The translations under genes and the position numbers were made by a program. Below, piece by piece: positions 20,046 to 30,227 of a stretch of 64,000 nucleotides of DNA. Under the pieces are notes generated by a model. The model did no database searches. It was given only the letters and a program-made list of their open reading frames with translations, and was not told where the DNA came from. Origin of the DNA: an uncultured Clostridia bacterium (GTDB lineage: Bacteria > Bacillota > Clostridia > TANB77 > CAG-508); NCBI GenBank assembly GCA_947623285.1, contig CANQGP010000004.1, forward strand, positions 74,965 to 138,964, given 5' to 3'. Position 1 is the stretch's first letter, and each line of letters begins with the position of its first letter.

Positions 20046-21140
20046 TTATTTTATAACTTCACTCATCACTTTTGAGAGATATTTCATACTAGTTAAACAC
20101 TGTTCTAATGTATTACCTGTTGCGCCTACTTCTATAATATTTGCAAATTTTCCCATATGCTGATTATATCTCGATTTTGTAAGCATTATAGGTTTAAATA
20201 AACCTGGATACATTTCTTCTGCTTTTTCTTGTATTTTTACTGCAAATTTTAAATTTTGATTCCAATTTGGATGTTCTAATCCTCCATTATTTGTACCTAT
20301 TACGAACATTATTTGTGCTGCATAATCTTCCCCTATTTTAACAATTGGTGCATAATCGCTTCTGCTTCCAATTGCATCTCTATGTAAATCTATAATTATA
20401 TCAGAAGGTGTCGTTTTTAAAATATTATTAACTGTTTCCAATGACCTAGTGTATGAGCCATTATATGCTGGATAATCATGGTAAGTTATATCATGTTGGA
20501 CATTGAAATTGAATTTTTTTAGATATTTTTCCAATTCTGTTCCAACTCTAGCTACAGTAAAATTCAAATCTGTTGTTCTAAAAGTTCCTGTTGGATTATA
20601 TTGATACATTTCACTTGCAGTATAACTTTCACATGTATGTGTATGAAAAATCAAAATGTTTTTGTTTTCAATTGATATGTTTGGTGTTAAAATTTCTTGA
20701 GTTAAATTATATTCAGTTTCATTTTTTATTTTTACTTTTCCGTATTCAACATTAAATTTTTCTTGTATAGGATTTTCTGTTACTACTTCAGTTGTAGCTG
20801 TAATAGGTATTTCTTCTGATTCTTGCTTTTCTTCATTATTTTCTTCAACTTCGATTTCTTGACTTTCGTTTATTGTATTTTCTTCTTTTTGTGCTTCTTC
20901 TATACTACTAATTTCTGAATTTATTATTTTTTCCATTTGATTTGTTTCAGTTTTTTTATCTTTAGTTGTATCTTTTTTATTTTCTGCTTGAAAAATCACA
21001 GGAACTGCTGTACTCAAACTTTTATTAAAATTCTTTTTATTTGTTAATTTAAATAGAAATACAATAGCTACAATAGCTATTGTAACAATTATAATATACT
21101 TCACTAAATCTTTAATTTTTAATATTGTAACATTAAACAT
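20046..21140 (-). CDS. spoIIP: Stage II sporulation protein P
   Basis: SpoIIP amidase-like motifs ILIFHTHTCESYT and IIIDLHRDA, with an N-terminal TM segment. Confidence 0.85.
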   Translation of the reverse strand: MFNVTILKIKDLVKYIIIVTIAIVAIVFLFKLTNKKNFNKSLSTAVPVIFQAENKKDTTKDKKTETNQMEKIINSEISSIEEAQKEENTINESQEIEVEENNEEKQESEEIPITATTEVVTENPIQEKFNVEYGKVKIKNETEYNLTQEILTPNISIENKNILIFHTHTCESYTASEMYQYNPTGTFRTTDLNFTVARVGTELEKYLKKFNFNVQHDITYHDYPAYNGSYTRSLETVNNILKTTPSDIIIDLHRDAIGSRSDYAPIVKIGEDYAAQIMFVIGTNNGGLEHPNWNQNLKFAVKIQEKAEEMYPGLFKPIMLTKSRYNQHMGKFANIIEVGATGNTLEQCLTSMKYLSKVMSEVIK

Positions 21141-21174
21141 TTAATTCTCCTCGTATGTATAAACTTCATATATA

Positions 21175-21202
21175 TGTATATGCTACAATTTTTAAATTAT
21201 GC
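21175..21202 (-). promoter_or_regulatory. Sigma-E-like promoter candidate for spoIIP
   Basis: On the minus strand: GCATAAT, a 13-nt spacer, then CATATACA. The Bacillus sigma-E consensus is kmATAww-14-CATACAhT. It sits just after the upstream terminator. Confidence 0.3.
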
Positions 21203-21204
21203 AT

Positions 21205-21246
21205 AAAAAAAACACATTCAGTAGATTTAATAATCTATTGAATGTG
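21205..21246 (-). terminator. Intrinsic terminator of the small membrane-protein gene
   Basis: A 15-bp stem (cacattcagtagatt / aatctattgaatgtg) with one mismatch. On the minus strand it is followed by a T8 run. Confidence 0.7.
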
Positions 21247-21264
21247 AAACTTATAAATTTATTT

Positions 21265-21603
21265 TTATACACTTTTCCAAAACCAATCTAAACTGTTGTC
21301 AATACTCTTTTTTCCCATTTTCTTTGCTTCTAAATCGTCCACCCATAGATAAGCAAAAAATGTTATTAATACAAATACAAAATCTACTGCCAAACAATAA
21401 CTTAAAGGTTGTATCATTTGAGTAAGTTCAGGTTTTAAAGTGAGTAATTGAACAACATGCATTACTAATAATGCTAAATATAAGAATAATGGGATTGCAA
21501 CTATATAACTTTTCTTTAATTCTTGTGCAAGAAATATAAGTAATATTGTTGCGATTAATAATAAAATAAGTGTAAATGGACTTGCTACATTTAAAAAGAA
21601 CAT
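21265..21603 (-). CDS. Small integral membrane protein (3 predicted TM segments)
   Basis: 112-aa hydrophobic ORF with SD GGAGGGG upstream. No family recognised. Confidence 0.5.
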   Translation of the reverse strand: MFFLNVASPFTLILLLIATILLIFLAQELKKSYIVAIPLFLYLALLVMHVVQLLTLKPELTQMIQPLSYCLAVDFVFVLITFFAYLWVDDLEAKKMGKKSIDNSLDWFWKSV

Positions 21604-21643
21604 TTTCTTCCCCTCCGTTTTTATCTTTTGATTCTATACTTTT

Positions 21644-21672
21644 ATATTAACATTACTGTTTTTATTTTTCAA
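21644..21672 (-). promoter_or_regulatory. Sigma-A-type promoter of the small membrane-protein gene
   Basis: On the minus strand: TTGAAA, a 17-nt spacer, then TAATAT. Confidence 0.45.
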
Positions 21673-21702
21673 GTTTTAACATAAATATTAATATTAATTT
21701 TA

Positions 21703-21732
21703 TGTTTCATTTTTGTTACATTTGTGTTACAT
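21703..21732. repeat. Three helically phased 8-mers (TGTTWCAT) with an 11-bp period
   Basis: tgtttcat at 21703, tgttacat at 21714 and tgttacat at 21725. They lie 31-60 bp upstream of the -35 box at 21667-21672. Confidence 0.6.
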
Positions 21733-21753
21733 TAACTGATGTGTTAAGAATAA

Positions 21754-23118
21754 TTATTGTAATTTTTTTTCAATTAAATCTGCTAATTCTTGAGCTTTTT
21801 TAGTTATATATTCTTGATCTTTTCCTTCAATCATAACTCTTACTAATGGCTCTGTTCCAGATGGCCTTATTAATACTCTTCCATTTCCTGCAAATTCTTT
21901 TTCTAATTTTTCTATTGCAGTTTTTATTTCTGCGTCTTTTTCATATTCATATTTTTTATCAGTATTTACCTTTGCATTTATTAATACTTGAGGAAATGCT
22001 TGCATTACATTCGCCATTTCTGAAGCAGCTTTTCCTTCTTCTAATATTGATTTTATTAACATTAAAGAAGTTAGTATTCCATCTCCAGTAGGATTATAGT
22101 CTAAGAATATTATGTGACCTGATTGTTCTCCTCCAAAATTGTACCCGTCTTTTAACATTTCTTCTAGTACATATCTATCTCCTACTTTTGTTTGAATTAA
22201 TTTTAAATTTTCTTTTTCTGCATATTTATTTAATCCAAGGTTACTCATAACAGTAGCTACTATTGTGTCTTTTTTTAATTTACCTTTTTTTATTAAACTT
22301 CTAGAGATTATTGCCATTAACTTATCACCATCAATTTCATTACCTTTTTCATCAATAGCTAAACAACGGTCTCCATCTCCATCATATGCAATTCCTAAAC
22401 TTAATTTGTTTTCTATTACTGTTTTCTTTAAATTGTCTAAATGTGTAGATCCACAATTATCATTAATGTTTATTCCATTTGGTGTATTGTTTATAATTAC
22501 ATGATTGATTCCTAAAGCAGTAAATACTTTTTCAGCCACAACAGATGTTGCTCCATTTGCTGTATCTATACCTACTATAAAATCTGGATTATGTAATCTC
22601 TCCATTGTATCATCAAAATATTTTCTAAAGAAATATATGTATTCATCTATTAAATCAAATCTATAGTCTGCCACTCCAATTTTCTCATTTTTTGCTGTAA
22701 GTTCATCCAATCTTCCTGAATCCATTATTTCTTCAATTTCTTCTTCTATATCATCTGGTATTTTCATTCCTTTATTGCTAAAATACTTAATTCCATTAAA
22801 TTCAAAAGTATTATGTGATGCTGAAATTACAACACCTGCATCAGCTTTTAATTTTCTTGTTAAATATGCAATACCAGGTGTAGGTAAAACACCTAATAAT
22901 TTTACGTTTGCGCCATAACTTAAAAATCCTGATACCATTGCGCTCTCAATTAAAGTTCCTGATATACGTGTATCTCTACCTATTAATATTGTAGGTCTGT
23001 GTTTTGTATGTTTTGATAATACATATGCACCTGCTTTAGCTACTCTATACACTAAATTCGGTGACAACTCTGTATTTGCAATTCTTCTAATCCCATCTGT
23101 TCCAAAATACTTTCTCAT
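21754..23118 (-). CDS. glmM: Phosphoglucosamine mutase
   Basis: Phosphoserine loop SASHNTFEFNGIK, metal loop DGDGDR, and GEQSGH. Confidence 0.95.
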   Translation of the reverse strand: MRKYFGTDGIRRIANTELSPNLVYRVAKAGAYVLSKHTKHRPTILIGRDTRISGTLIESAMVSGFLSYGANVKLLGVLPTPGIAYLTRKLKADAGVVISASHNTFEFNGIKYFSNKGMKIPDDIEEEIEEIMDSGRLDELTAKNEKIGVADYRFDLIDEYIYFFRKYFDDTMERLHNPDFIVGIDTANGATSVVAEKVFTALGINHVIINNTPNGININDNCGSTHLDNLKKTVIENKLSLGIAYDGDGDRCLAIDEKGNEIDGDKLMAIISRSLIKKGKLKKDTIVATVMSNLGLNKYAEKENLKLIQTKVGDRYVLEEMLKDGYNFGGEQSGHIIFLDYNPTGDGILTSLMLIKSILEEGKAASEMANVMQAFPQVLINAKVNTDKKYEYEKDAEIKTAIEKLEKEFAGNGRVLIRPSGTEPLVRVMIEGKDQEYITKKAQELADLIEKKLQ

Positions 23119-23130
23119 AAAATACCTCCA

Positions 23131-23910
23131 TTATTTACTAAAAAACATTTTTATTTTTTCTTTTATATTAAATTCTATTTGTTTTGGCTCTCTCATAGTT
23201 ATTCTTTTGTTATTTAATGCTAATTCTGGATTTTTTGTTGTTAATTCATTTAGCATTTCTTTTCCTATTTTTTCTTGTATTATTTCTAGAATTTCTGGTA
23301 TAAATTTATATATTGTATTCTCTCTGTGCACATTTGATCCTAAAAAATGAACTAAATTACTCTCTAACATTTTTTCCATAAGCATTTTTGCACGTTGTCC
23401 ATTTTCTCCAATTATACTACCATAATCTGCTTGTATATATACTCCTTTTGTTACTAGTTCATATAAAATATCTGGGTCTTTTTGTACATATGAACATTTT
23501 TCTGGATGTGCTAATATTGGTACTACTTTATTTTTCATTAAATTATATATACATTCAAATAAATATTCTGGTTCTTCATCTATTGGCAACTCAAACAACA
23601 CATAGCTTGTATTATTTATTGTTGAAGCTTGTGCTGTTTCTAATTGTTTCATTATGTTTTTGCTTAATAATATTTCACTTCCCAAATACATTTTTACATT
23701 ACGAATTTCTCTAACTTTTTTAGAAAATGAATTTAACCAAATTTCTCTTTCTTTTACACTTGTTTCGTAATAATTTTCTACATAATGTGAAGTAAAAACA
23801 ACTCCATTAAATCCAGCTATCCTTGCTTCTTTCAACAACCTTTGAGCTTCTTCGATAGTTCTAGCTCCATCATCTAGATTAGGAAGTATATGTGTATGAA
23901 AGTCTATCAT
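23131..23910 (-). CDS. PHP-family protein-tyrosine phosphatase (CpsB/YwqE-like)
   Basis: N-terminal MIDFHTHILPNLDDGA plus later His motifs (TSHY, AHPE). Confidence 0.8.
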   Translation of the reverse strand: MIDFHTHILPNLDDGARTIEEAQRLLKEARIAGFNGVVFTSHYVENYYETSVKEREIWLNSFSKKVREIRNVKMYLGSEILLSKNIMKQLETAQASTINNTSYVLFELPIDEEPEYLFECIYNLMKNKVVPILAHPEKCSYVQKDPDILYELVTKGVYIQADYGSIIGENGQRAKMLMEKMLESNLVHFLGSNVHRENTIYKFIPEILEIIQEKIGKEMLNELTTKNPELALNNKRITMREPKQIEFNIKEKIKMFFSK

Positions 23911-23952
23911 TTATGAATTCTCTCCTTTTTTACTTTTATGTGTCTGCTGTTA

Positions 23953-23981
23953 ATTATATACTAGTAATTTCTTTTTTGCAA
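23953..23981 (-). promoter_or_regulatory. Sigma-A-type promoter of the phosphatase-glmM unit
   Basis: On the minus strand: TTGCAA, a 17-nt spacer, then TATAAT. Confidence 0.55.
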
Positions 23982-24081
23982 CAAAATTCTAAAAAAAGAT
24001 ACGCTTATCAAAGAACACAACTTTGAACATATCTTTTTTTCCTTCATATTATTGTAGTATACAATAATATTCTGAGTTAGC

Positions 24082-24540
24082 TTATTTTTCTAATTCAGAT
24101 GTACAGTTAGGACATCTTGTTGCTTTATATTTTATTTCAGTCAAACAATATGGACATATTTTAGTCTCTGGCTCTTCAGCTTCATTATCAGAACTTCTTT
24201 TTAATTTTCCTTCAGGATCTATCTTATTTGCTAAATCTTCTCCTATTTCCTTTATTTTATTTAATTTATTTAAATATCTTACAACTAAAAAGATTGAAAA
24301 AGCAATAATCAAAAAGTTTATAATTGCAGTTATAAAGTTTCCATATTTTATAGTTGAACTTCCAATTTGTATAACCATATCTGAAAAATCAACTTTTCCT
24401 GTAAACATTGAAACAAACGGCATCATTATATCTTCTACAAGTGATGTAACTATTTTTTGAAATGCGCCACCAATAACAACACCAATAGCTAATTCCATAA
24501 TATTACCTCTTGCAATAAATTCTTTAAATTCTTTGAACAT
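24082..24540 (-). CDS. mscL: Large-conductance mechanosensitive channel with a C-terminal CxxC...CxxC zinc-ribbon
   Basis: MscL signature [20 protein letters not shown]. The C-terminus reads [23 protein letters not shown]. Confidence 0.85.
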   Translation of the reverse strand: MFKEFKEFIARGNIMELAIGVVIGGAFQKIVTSLVEDIMMPFVSMFTGKVDFSDMVIQIGSSTIKYGNFITAIINFLIIAFSIFLVVRYLNKLNKIKEIGEDLANKIDPEGKLKRSSDNEAEEPETKICPYCLTEIKYKATRCPNCTSELEK

Positions 24541-24588
24541 AATTTATTCCTCCTAATATTTCTTTTTTTATTATATTTCTAATTTAAA

Positions 24589-24613
24589 GAAGTGAGTTGT
24601 TATTTCTCACTTC
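24589..24613 (-). terminator. Weak terminator-like hairpin downstream of 24652..25470
   Basis: An 8-bp stem (gaagtgag / ctcacttc) with a 9-nt loop and only a short T-run on the minus strand. Confidence 0.35.
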
Positions 24614-24651
24614 CTATTATTTGTTATTATTATAATTCTATTTATTTATCA

Positions 24652-25470
24652 TTAAATAGAAATTCCTAAAAATGCTAATAAGAATGATATTATGTAATAA
24701 ACTGCTTCGATAATTATAAATTCTTTAATAGCATCTTTGTCTTTTTCTTTTCCTAATATAGCTTTTATTGCAAAATAAACTAGTACTGTACTAATAGTTC
24801 CTAAAAAAGCTCCAATTGGTGCTGTTATTTTATATGCTTCTACACTTATTATTGTTAATAATGATAAAATTGAAGATATAACATTAGGTAATTTTGCTGC
24901 TGTGATTGCTGTTATAACTGTTGTAAGAGATTTCTTATTTCCTTTGTTTCTAGCCAAAACTATTATAGACATTATTAAAACTACTAATGCAGGAGTTATT
25001 GTTGCTTTTATTATTTCTAATAATGAATTAAAAAATCTTGTATATCCTTGTACTCCTATTGAACAACATTCTCCAATTAATCTAGCACTCATCCATATTG
25101 CTAATATTATAAGTGCATATGTAAAATGTTTTGCTGATTGTTTTTTTGTAATATCTTGTAATTTTCCCATAGGGTTTTTAACTATTTCAATTACAAAACC
25201 TTTTGTTTCAACTCCGTCTTTTTTTATATCTACTTTTTTTATAGAATCTTTTACTTGATTTACTGTTTCTGTAGCTTCTTTTTTTACTTTTGTCTTTATT
25301 TCATCTGTATCTTTTTTGTTTGTTGTATTTTTTACATCCTTTTTAGCTGTAGTTGTTTTATTTGAATTTGTTTTTTTTGTAGTTGTTTTGTTTGTGTTTG
25401 TTTTACTGGTATTGCTTTTAGTATTGCTTTTAGCTTTTGAATTTGTTTTTGTTCCTTTTTTTTCTTCCAT
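24652..25470 (-). CDS. Multi-pass membrane protein with a Lys/Thr/Asn-rich N-terminal tail
   Basis: About 70 aa of KTN low complexity, then 4-5 hydrophobic helices. SD AAAGGAGAA upstream. The family is uncertain (Yip1-like topology). Confidence 0.45.
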   Translation of the reverse strand: MEEKKGTKTNSKAKSNTKSNTSKTNTNKTTTKKTNSNKTTTAKKDVKNTTNKKDTDEIKTKVKKEATETVNQVKDSIKKVDIKKDGVETKGFVIEIVKNPMGKLQDITKKQSAKHFTYALIILAIWMSARLIGECCSIGVQGYTRFFNSLLEIIKATITPALVVLIMSIIVLARNKGNKKSLTTVITAITAAKLPNVISSILSLLTIISVEAYKITAPIGAFLGTISTVLVYFAIKAILGKEKDKDAIKEFIIIEAVYYIISFLLAFLGISI

Positions 25471-25540
25471 TTTATTTCTCCTTTTCTATTCTTTTCAAGT
25501 GTAATTATATCACTGTTACAGAAATTTGTAAACAAGAATC

Positions 25541-25578
25541 TGACCCACTTATGCAATCAAAAATTGCTTAGTGGGTCA
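25541..25578 (-). terminator. Hairpin downstream of the pilin-like gene
   Basis: tgacccact / agtgggtca outer stem with an inner gcaat / attgc stem, followed by a modest T-run. Confidence 0.5.
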
Positions 25579-25595
25579 AATCCTTGTTTTATTTA

Positions 25596-26012
25596 TTAAT
25601 CTTCATTTTCTAATAATTCCACTGATACAGAGGCTGCTTCATCTATTTTGTATTCTCTTCCACTTGGCATTACTATTGTTAGTCTTATTGTACCATCAGA
25701 ATTTGTAGTTTGTGTAACAGTTGCAGTTTCAAGTTCTTCACTTATATGTAGTGCTTCTTCTAATGCTTCTGCTGTAACTACAGACTTTTCTTTATCATTT
25801 TCATATAAATCTACTATTACTGCAGAATATGCCATTCTTATTTTTGCCATTTCATTTGCTATTTCTGTTTCTAATCCTGCATTATTTGCTTTTGATAAAA
25901 TTCCATTATTTCCAAGTAATATAGCGAGTGTCACTCCTGCTATTATAAGTAAAACAATAATTGTGATTATTAATGCTATTAGAGTAATACCTCTATTATT
26001 GGCTTTTTTCAT
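25596..26012 (-). CDS. Prepilin-type (class III signal peptide) pilin-like protein, orphan
   Basis: N-terminus MKKANNRG|ITLIALIITIIVLLIIAGV, a G-x-TLI cleavage/methylation-type motif with Ala at +5 instead of Glu. Confidence 0.7.
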   Translation of the reverse strand: MKKANNRGITLIALIITIIVLLIIAGVTLAILLGNNGILSKANNAGLETEIANEMAKIRMAYSAVIVDLYENDKEKSVVTAEALEEALHISEELETATVTQTTNSDGTIRLTIVMPSGREYKIDEAASVSVELLENED

Positions 26013-26075
26013 CTTCTGTATCCTCCTATATTTTCCTAATAATTAATTTTCGATTTTTCATGTAAGTATATTTTT

Positions 26076-26104
26076 ATCATATATTAAGCGTTTGCAAATG
26101 TCAA
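26076..26104 (-). promoter_or_regulatory. Sigma-A-type promoter of the pilin-like gene
   Basis: On the minus strand: TTGACA, a 17-nt spacer, then TATGAT. Confidence 0.55.
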
Positions 26105-26180
26105 TAGTTTTTTGTCACTTTTTATTTATTTTATTTGTCGTTTTTTGTTTGTTTTTGCTTGCAATGTGATTGCGTAAATT

Positions 26181-26202
26181 AAAAACTAGCCATTTGGGCT
26201 AG
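26181..26202 (-). terminator. Intrinsic terminator of ileS
   Basis: A 6-bp GC-rich stem (ctagcc / ggctag) followed by a T5 run on the minus strand, directly after the ileS stop codon. Confidence 0.55.
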
Positions 26203-26212
26203 CTTTCAATCT

Positions 26213-29200
26213 TTATACCTTTTCTACATCAATATTTAGTTTTTCTCCATTGATATTTGTTTGAGTATATTCTTTTCTTTCTGCATCATATATTACTTTT
26301 TCAGCTAAAGTATCTGTTTTTAAAGATTCTTCAAATTTCTTTATTACTTCTTCTAACTTTTCATTTCCAGACACATATAAATTGATGTGGTCAAGAACTT
26401 CAAAGTCTTTGTCTTTTCTCATATTTTGTACTTTTGAAAGTATTTCTCTCACATATCCTTCTTCTCTTAATTCATCAGTTATGTGTGTATCTAATACTAC
26501 ACCTATCTCACCTTCACCAGCAAATGCAAATCCATCTTTTCCTTGCATTGTAACAAGTAAATTGTCAGCATTTAATTCTATTTGTGTTCCATCTATTTCT
26601 ATATAGTCTACTCCTCCATTTTTTATTGTATTTGCTAAATCTACTTGATTTTTATTTGCTAGCTCTTGTTTTATTTTTGGTATAAATCTTCCGTATTCTC
26701 TACCTATTACTGGCAAATTAGGTTTGATTTCAAAGTTAACATATTTGCTCATTTCTGCACCAAGTTCTATTGCTTTTACATTTAATTCTTCTTTTATTAT
26801 ATTTGCATAATATTCAGGTAATGTGTCTACAGATATTAGCATTTCTGATAGTGGTTGTCTATTTTTGATGTTTGCTGAGTTTCTAGCGCTTCTTCCTAGT
26901 TTTACTATTGCATATGCTAAATCCATTTCCTCTTCTAATTGTTTATCTATTATACTTTCATCTACTTCTGGCCATAAACATAAATGTACACTTTCAGGTG
27001 CATTTTTGTCTAAACTTACAACTAGGTTGTTGTATATTTCATCTACCATAAATGGTACAAATGGCGCTGATATTTTGCATAGTGTAACAAGTACGTTATA
27101 TAGAGTAACATATGCACCTATTTTATCGTCATCCATTTCTTTGCCCCAGTATCTTTCTCTGTTTCTACGTACATACCAGTTTGAAAGTTCGTCTGTAAAT
27201 GCTTCTATCATGTTTGCTGCAGCTGTTATGTTGTAGTGTGCTAATTTGTCGTCAACTTCTTTTACTAATGTATTTAATTTAGACATAATCCATTTGTCCA
27301 TTATATTTGTAAGCTTGAAGTCTTTATGTTCTAATGGGTTGAATTTGTCGATTTCCGCATATAACACATAGAATGAGTACACATTCCATAATGTGCTTAA
27401 AAATCCTCTTTGTGTTTCTTTAACACTGTCTAATCCAAGTCTTGTTGGTAACCATGGTGCATTGCAAGTATAGAAGTGCCAACGTGTTGCGTCTGCTCCA
27501 ACTGTGTTTAGTAGTAACATTGGATCTACACCATTCTTTTTAGATTTTGACATCTTTTGACCGTGTTCGTCAAGTACATGTCCTAAGACTATACAATTTT
27601 CAAATGGTGTTTGTCCAAATAGAGCTGTTCCAACAGCTGTTAAAGTATAGAACCATCCTCTAGTTTGGTCAACGGCTTCTGATATGAAACCTGCTGGGAA
27701 GTTTGTATCAAATTTGTCTTTGTTTTCAAATGGATAATGCCATTGTGCAAAAGGCATTGAACCAGAATCAAACCAACAGTCTATAACTTCTTTTGCTCTC
27801 TTCATTTTCTTTCCACATTTAGGACATTTTAAATAAACATTGTCTATATATGGTTTGTGTAATTCTATATCTTCTGGTACATCTATTCCCTTTTCTTTTA
27901 ATTCTTCTATACTTCCTACACATTCTCTATGTCCGCAATTTTCATCTTCGCAAGTCCATATTGGTAGAGGTGTTCCCCAATATCTATCTCTTGAAATTGC
28001 CCAGTCTATAACATTTTCTAGGAACTTTCCAAATCTTCCTGTTTTGATATTATCAGGATACCAATTTACTTTATTGTTGTTTGCAACTAACTCATCTCTA
28101 AGAGATGTCATTCTTACAAACCAACTTTCTTTTGGATAATATAAAAGTGGTGTATCACATCTCCAGCAATGAGGATATGAGTGTAAGTGTTTTTCTTTAG
28201 AGAATAGTTTTCCTTCTTCTGCAAGCCATTTACATATATCTTCATTACAATCTCTAACAAATCTTCCTGCCCATGGCTCTACCTCATCTACAAATTTTCC
28301 TGTTTTATCAACCAAATTTATAAATGTAATTCCATTTTGCTTAGAAACAAAACTATCGTCTTCACCATAAGCTGGTGCAATATGAACAATACCAGTACCA
28401 TCTTCAAGATTTACGTAATCACCATGTATAACTTCAAAAGCTTTACCTTCAACCTCTCCGAATGGCATCAATCTTTCATATTTTGTACCTAATAATTCTG
28501 TACCTTTATATGTTTTTAAAACTTCATATTCTTTACCATTTAAAACTTTTTCAATTAAATCTTTTGCTAATACATATGTCTCATATTTTGGTTCATCCTC
28601 TGTTCCAACATTTACTTTAACATCTGCATAATCATAAGCTTTATTTACACATAAAGCTAAATTTGAAGGCAATGTCCATGGAGTTGTTGTCCATGCTAAT
28701 ATATACTTATCTTCCCCTTCAACTTTAAATTTAGCAACACATGTTAAATCTTTAACATCTTTATATCCTTGTGCAACCTCATGTGAAGACAAAGCTGTTC
28801 CGCATCTTGGGCAATATGGCATAACTTTATGACCTTCGTATAATAAATCCTTATTCCACATTTCTTTTAAAGCCCACCATACAGATTCGATGTAGTCATT
28901 ATGATATGTTACATATGGATTATCCATATCAACCCAGAATCCAACTTTGTTTGTCATTTCTTCCCACATATTAACATATGTAAAAACACTTTTCTTACAT
29001 TGCTTAACAAACTTTTCTACACCATAATCTTCTATTTGTTGTTTACCAGATATTCCAAGTTTCTTTTCAATCTCAAGTTCAACTGGAAGGCCATGAGTAT
29101 CCCAACCAGCTTTTCTTATAACTTGATAACCTTTCATAACTTTATATCTAGGTATAATATCTTTCATAACCCTTGTTTCGATGTGTCCAATATGTGGTTG

Positions 29201-29356
29201 TCCATTCGCTGTTGGTGGTCCATCATAAAAAGTAAAATATTCCTTTCCTTCATTCATAGCAAAATTCTTTTTTATGATATCTTTTTCTTTCCATCTTTTT
29301 GCTACATTATTTTCCATTCTTACAAAGCCATCTTTTAGTTCTACTTTTTTGTACAT
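26213..29356 (-). CDS. ileS: Isoleucyl-tRNA synthetase
   Basis: Class I aaRS with [12 protein letters not shown] and KMSKS motifs, an editing-domain-sized insertion, and Zn-binding CxxC pairs. 1047 aa. Confidence 0.97.
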   Translation of the reverse strand: MYKKVELKDGFVRMENNVAKRWKEKDIIKKNFAMNEGKEYFTFYDGPPTANGQPHIGHIETRVMKDIIPRYKVMKGYQVIRKAGWDTHGLPVELEIEKKLGISGKQQIEDYGVEKFVKQCKKSVFTYVNMWEEMTNKVGFWVDMDNPYVTYHNDYIESVWWALKEMWNKDLLYEGHKVMPYCPRCGTALSSHEVAQGYKDVKDLTCVAKFKVEGEDKYILAWTTTPWTLPSNLALCVNKAYDYADVKVNVGTEDEPKYETYVLAKDLIEKVLNGKEYEVLKTYKGTELLGTKYERLMPFGEVEGKAFEVIHGDYVNLEDGTGIVHIAPAYGEDDSFVSKQNGITFINLVDKTGKFVDEVEPWAGRFVRDCNEDICKWLAEEGKLFSKEKHLHSYPHCWRCDTPLLYYPKESWFVRMTSLRDELVANNNKVNWYPDNIKTGRFGKFLENVIDWAISRDRYWGTPLPIWTCEDENCGHRECVGSIEELKEKGIDVPEDIELHKPYIDNVYLKCPKCGKKMKRAKEVIDCWFDSGSMPFAQWHYPFENKDKFDTNFPAGFISEAVDQTRGWFYTLTAVGTALFGQTPFENCIVLGHVLDEHGQKMSKSKKNGVDPMLLLNTVGADATRWHFYTCNAPWLPTRLGLDSVKETQRGFLSTLWNVYSFYVLYAEIDKFNPLEHKDFKLTNIMDKWIMSKLNTLVKEVDDKLAHYNITAAANMIEAFTDELSNWYVRRNRERYWGKEMDDDKIGAYVTLYNVLVTLCKISAPFVPFMVDEIYNNLVVSLDKNAPESVHLCLWPEVDESIIDKQLEEEMDLAYAIVKLGRSARNSANIKNRQPLSEMLISVDTLPEYYANIIKEELNVKAIELGAEMSKYVNFEIKPNLPVIGREYGRFIPKIKQELANKNQVDLANTIKNGGVDYIEIDGTQIELNADNLLVTMQGKDGFAFAGEGEIGVVLDTHITDELREEGYVREILSKVQNMRKDKDFEVLDHINLYVSGNEKLEEVIKKFEESLKTDTLAEKVIYDAERKEYTQTNINGEKLNIDVEKV

Positions 29357-29358
29357 TT

Positions 29359-30204
29359 TTATTCCTCCTTAAAATTATTATTATTTTGTTTCTCAGGGTG
29401 TAAACCTTCATCTAAAATACTCAAAAAACCTTGTTGTTCCATTTCCAAGTTTACACTTAATTTCTCCAAAATATCATGATTCATGTCAAAGACAATTGAA
29501 TATGCCAAATATTTTTTCCATAAATAAACTTCTAATATATTTCTATCTTTAATTAAAGAAAAATCTTTTAAATAATTTTTTAAACCTTCAATTTTCCTTT
29601 TTTGAATGTTCGACTCCTCAGTAAACATATTAACTGCTTTTGATTTTCTAAAATAAATAATTCCACCGACCAAACCAATTGGTACAGTTATAATTTCAAA
29701 TATTAGTGGTTCCAATCTTTCAGTTACAAAGCAAAATATAAGTGGTATAAAAAGCGCTGTTGCCGCAAACTTTTCTTGCTTTTCAAAATATTTTTGCTTT
29801 AATGCTAATCTTTCTTTGTCCAATATTCCATCTTCAATAGCTTCTTCAACAATAGCATTTTTTATGTTAATTCTATTTTTTAAAAATATAGTATTATTTT
29901 CTTTTGTAATTTCATTCAAAGTAAGTTTTTTATCATTATTTTCATCACTTTTTCTCAAAGTTTCTAAAATTACTTCTTCTGACTTTTTTAATTTCTCATC
30001 AGAATCTTGTAATAAAATTACAACTCCATCCTGGTCTTCACTTTTTTCAAATCTAACATACTTTTTTAAATGCAAAATAAAAATAGTACTTATAATTATT
30101 TTATTTAAAACATCTTTTTTTAATATTGTTTCATAGCATATTAAAGCTACTTCACCCATTGAAATATTATCATCTAATTCATCCCTATAGTATTCTTTGC
30201 TCAA
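29359..30204 (-). CDS. DUF2207-C-terminal-like membrane protein, translationally coupled to ileS
   Basis: TTG start 7 nt after AAGGTGA. Two central TM helices and a [13 protein letters not shown] motif. Its stop TAA lies 2 nt before the ileS ATG, and the ileS SD (AAGGAGG) is inside its last codons. Confidence 0.55.
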   Translation of the reverse strand: MSKEYYRDELDDNISMGEVALICYETILKKDVLNKIIISTIFILHLKKYVRFEKSEDQDGVVILLQDSDEKLKKSEEVILETLRKSDENNDKKLTLNEITKENNTIFLKNRINIKNAIVEEAIEDGILDKERLALKQKYFEKQEKFAATALFIPLIFCFVTERLEPLIFEIITVPIGLVGGIIYFRKSKAVNMFTEESNIQKRKIEGLKNYLKDFSLIKDRNILEVYLWKKYLAYSIVFDMNHDILEKLSVNLEMEQQGFLSILDEGLHPEKQNNNNFKEE

Positions 30205-30227
30205 ATAAAAATCACCTTCTTTTGCAT

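Noticed and set aside
25332-25556. 74-aa minus-strand ORF overlapping the 5' end of the 24652-25470 gene.
   Set aside because: It is an alternative frame of the Lys/Thr/Asn-rich tract. It runs through the terminator hairpin at 25541-25578 and has no independent support.
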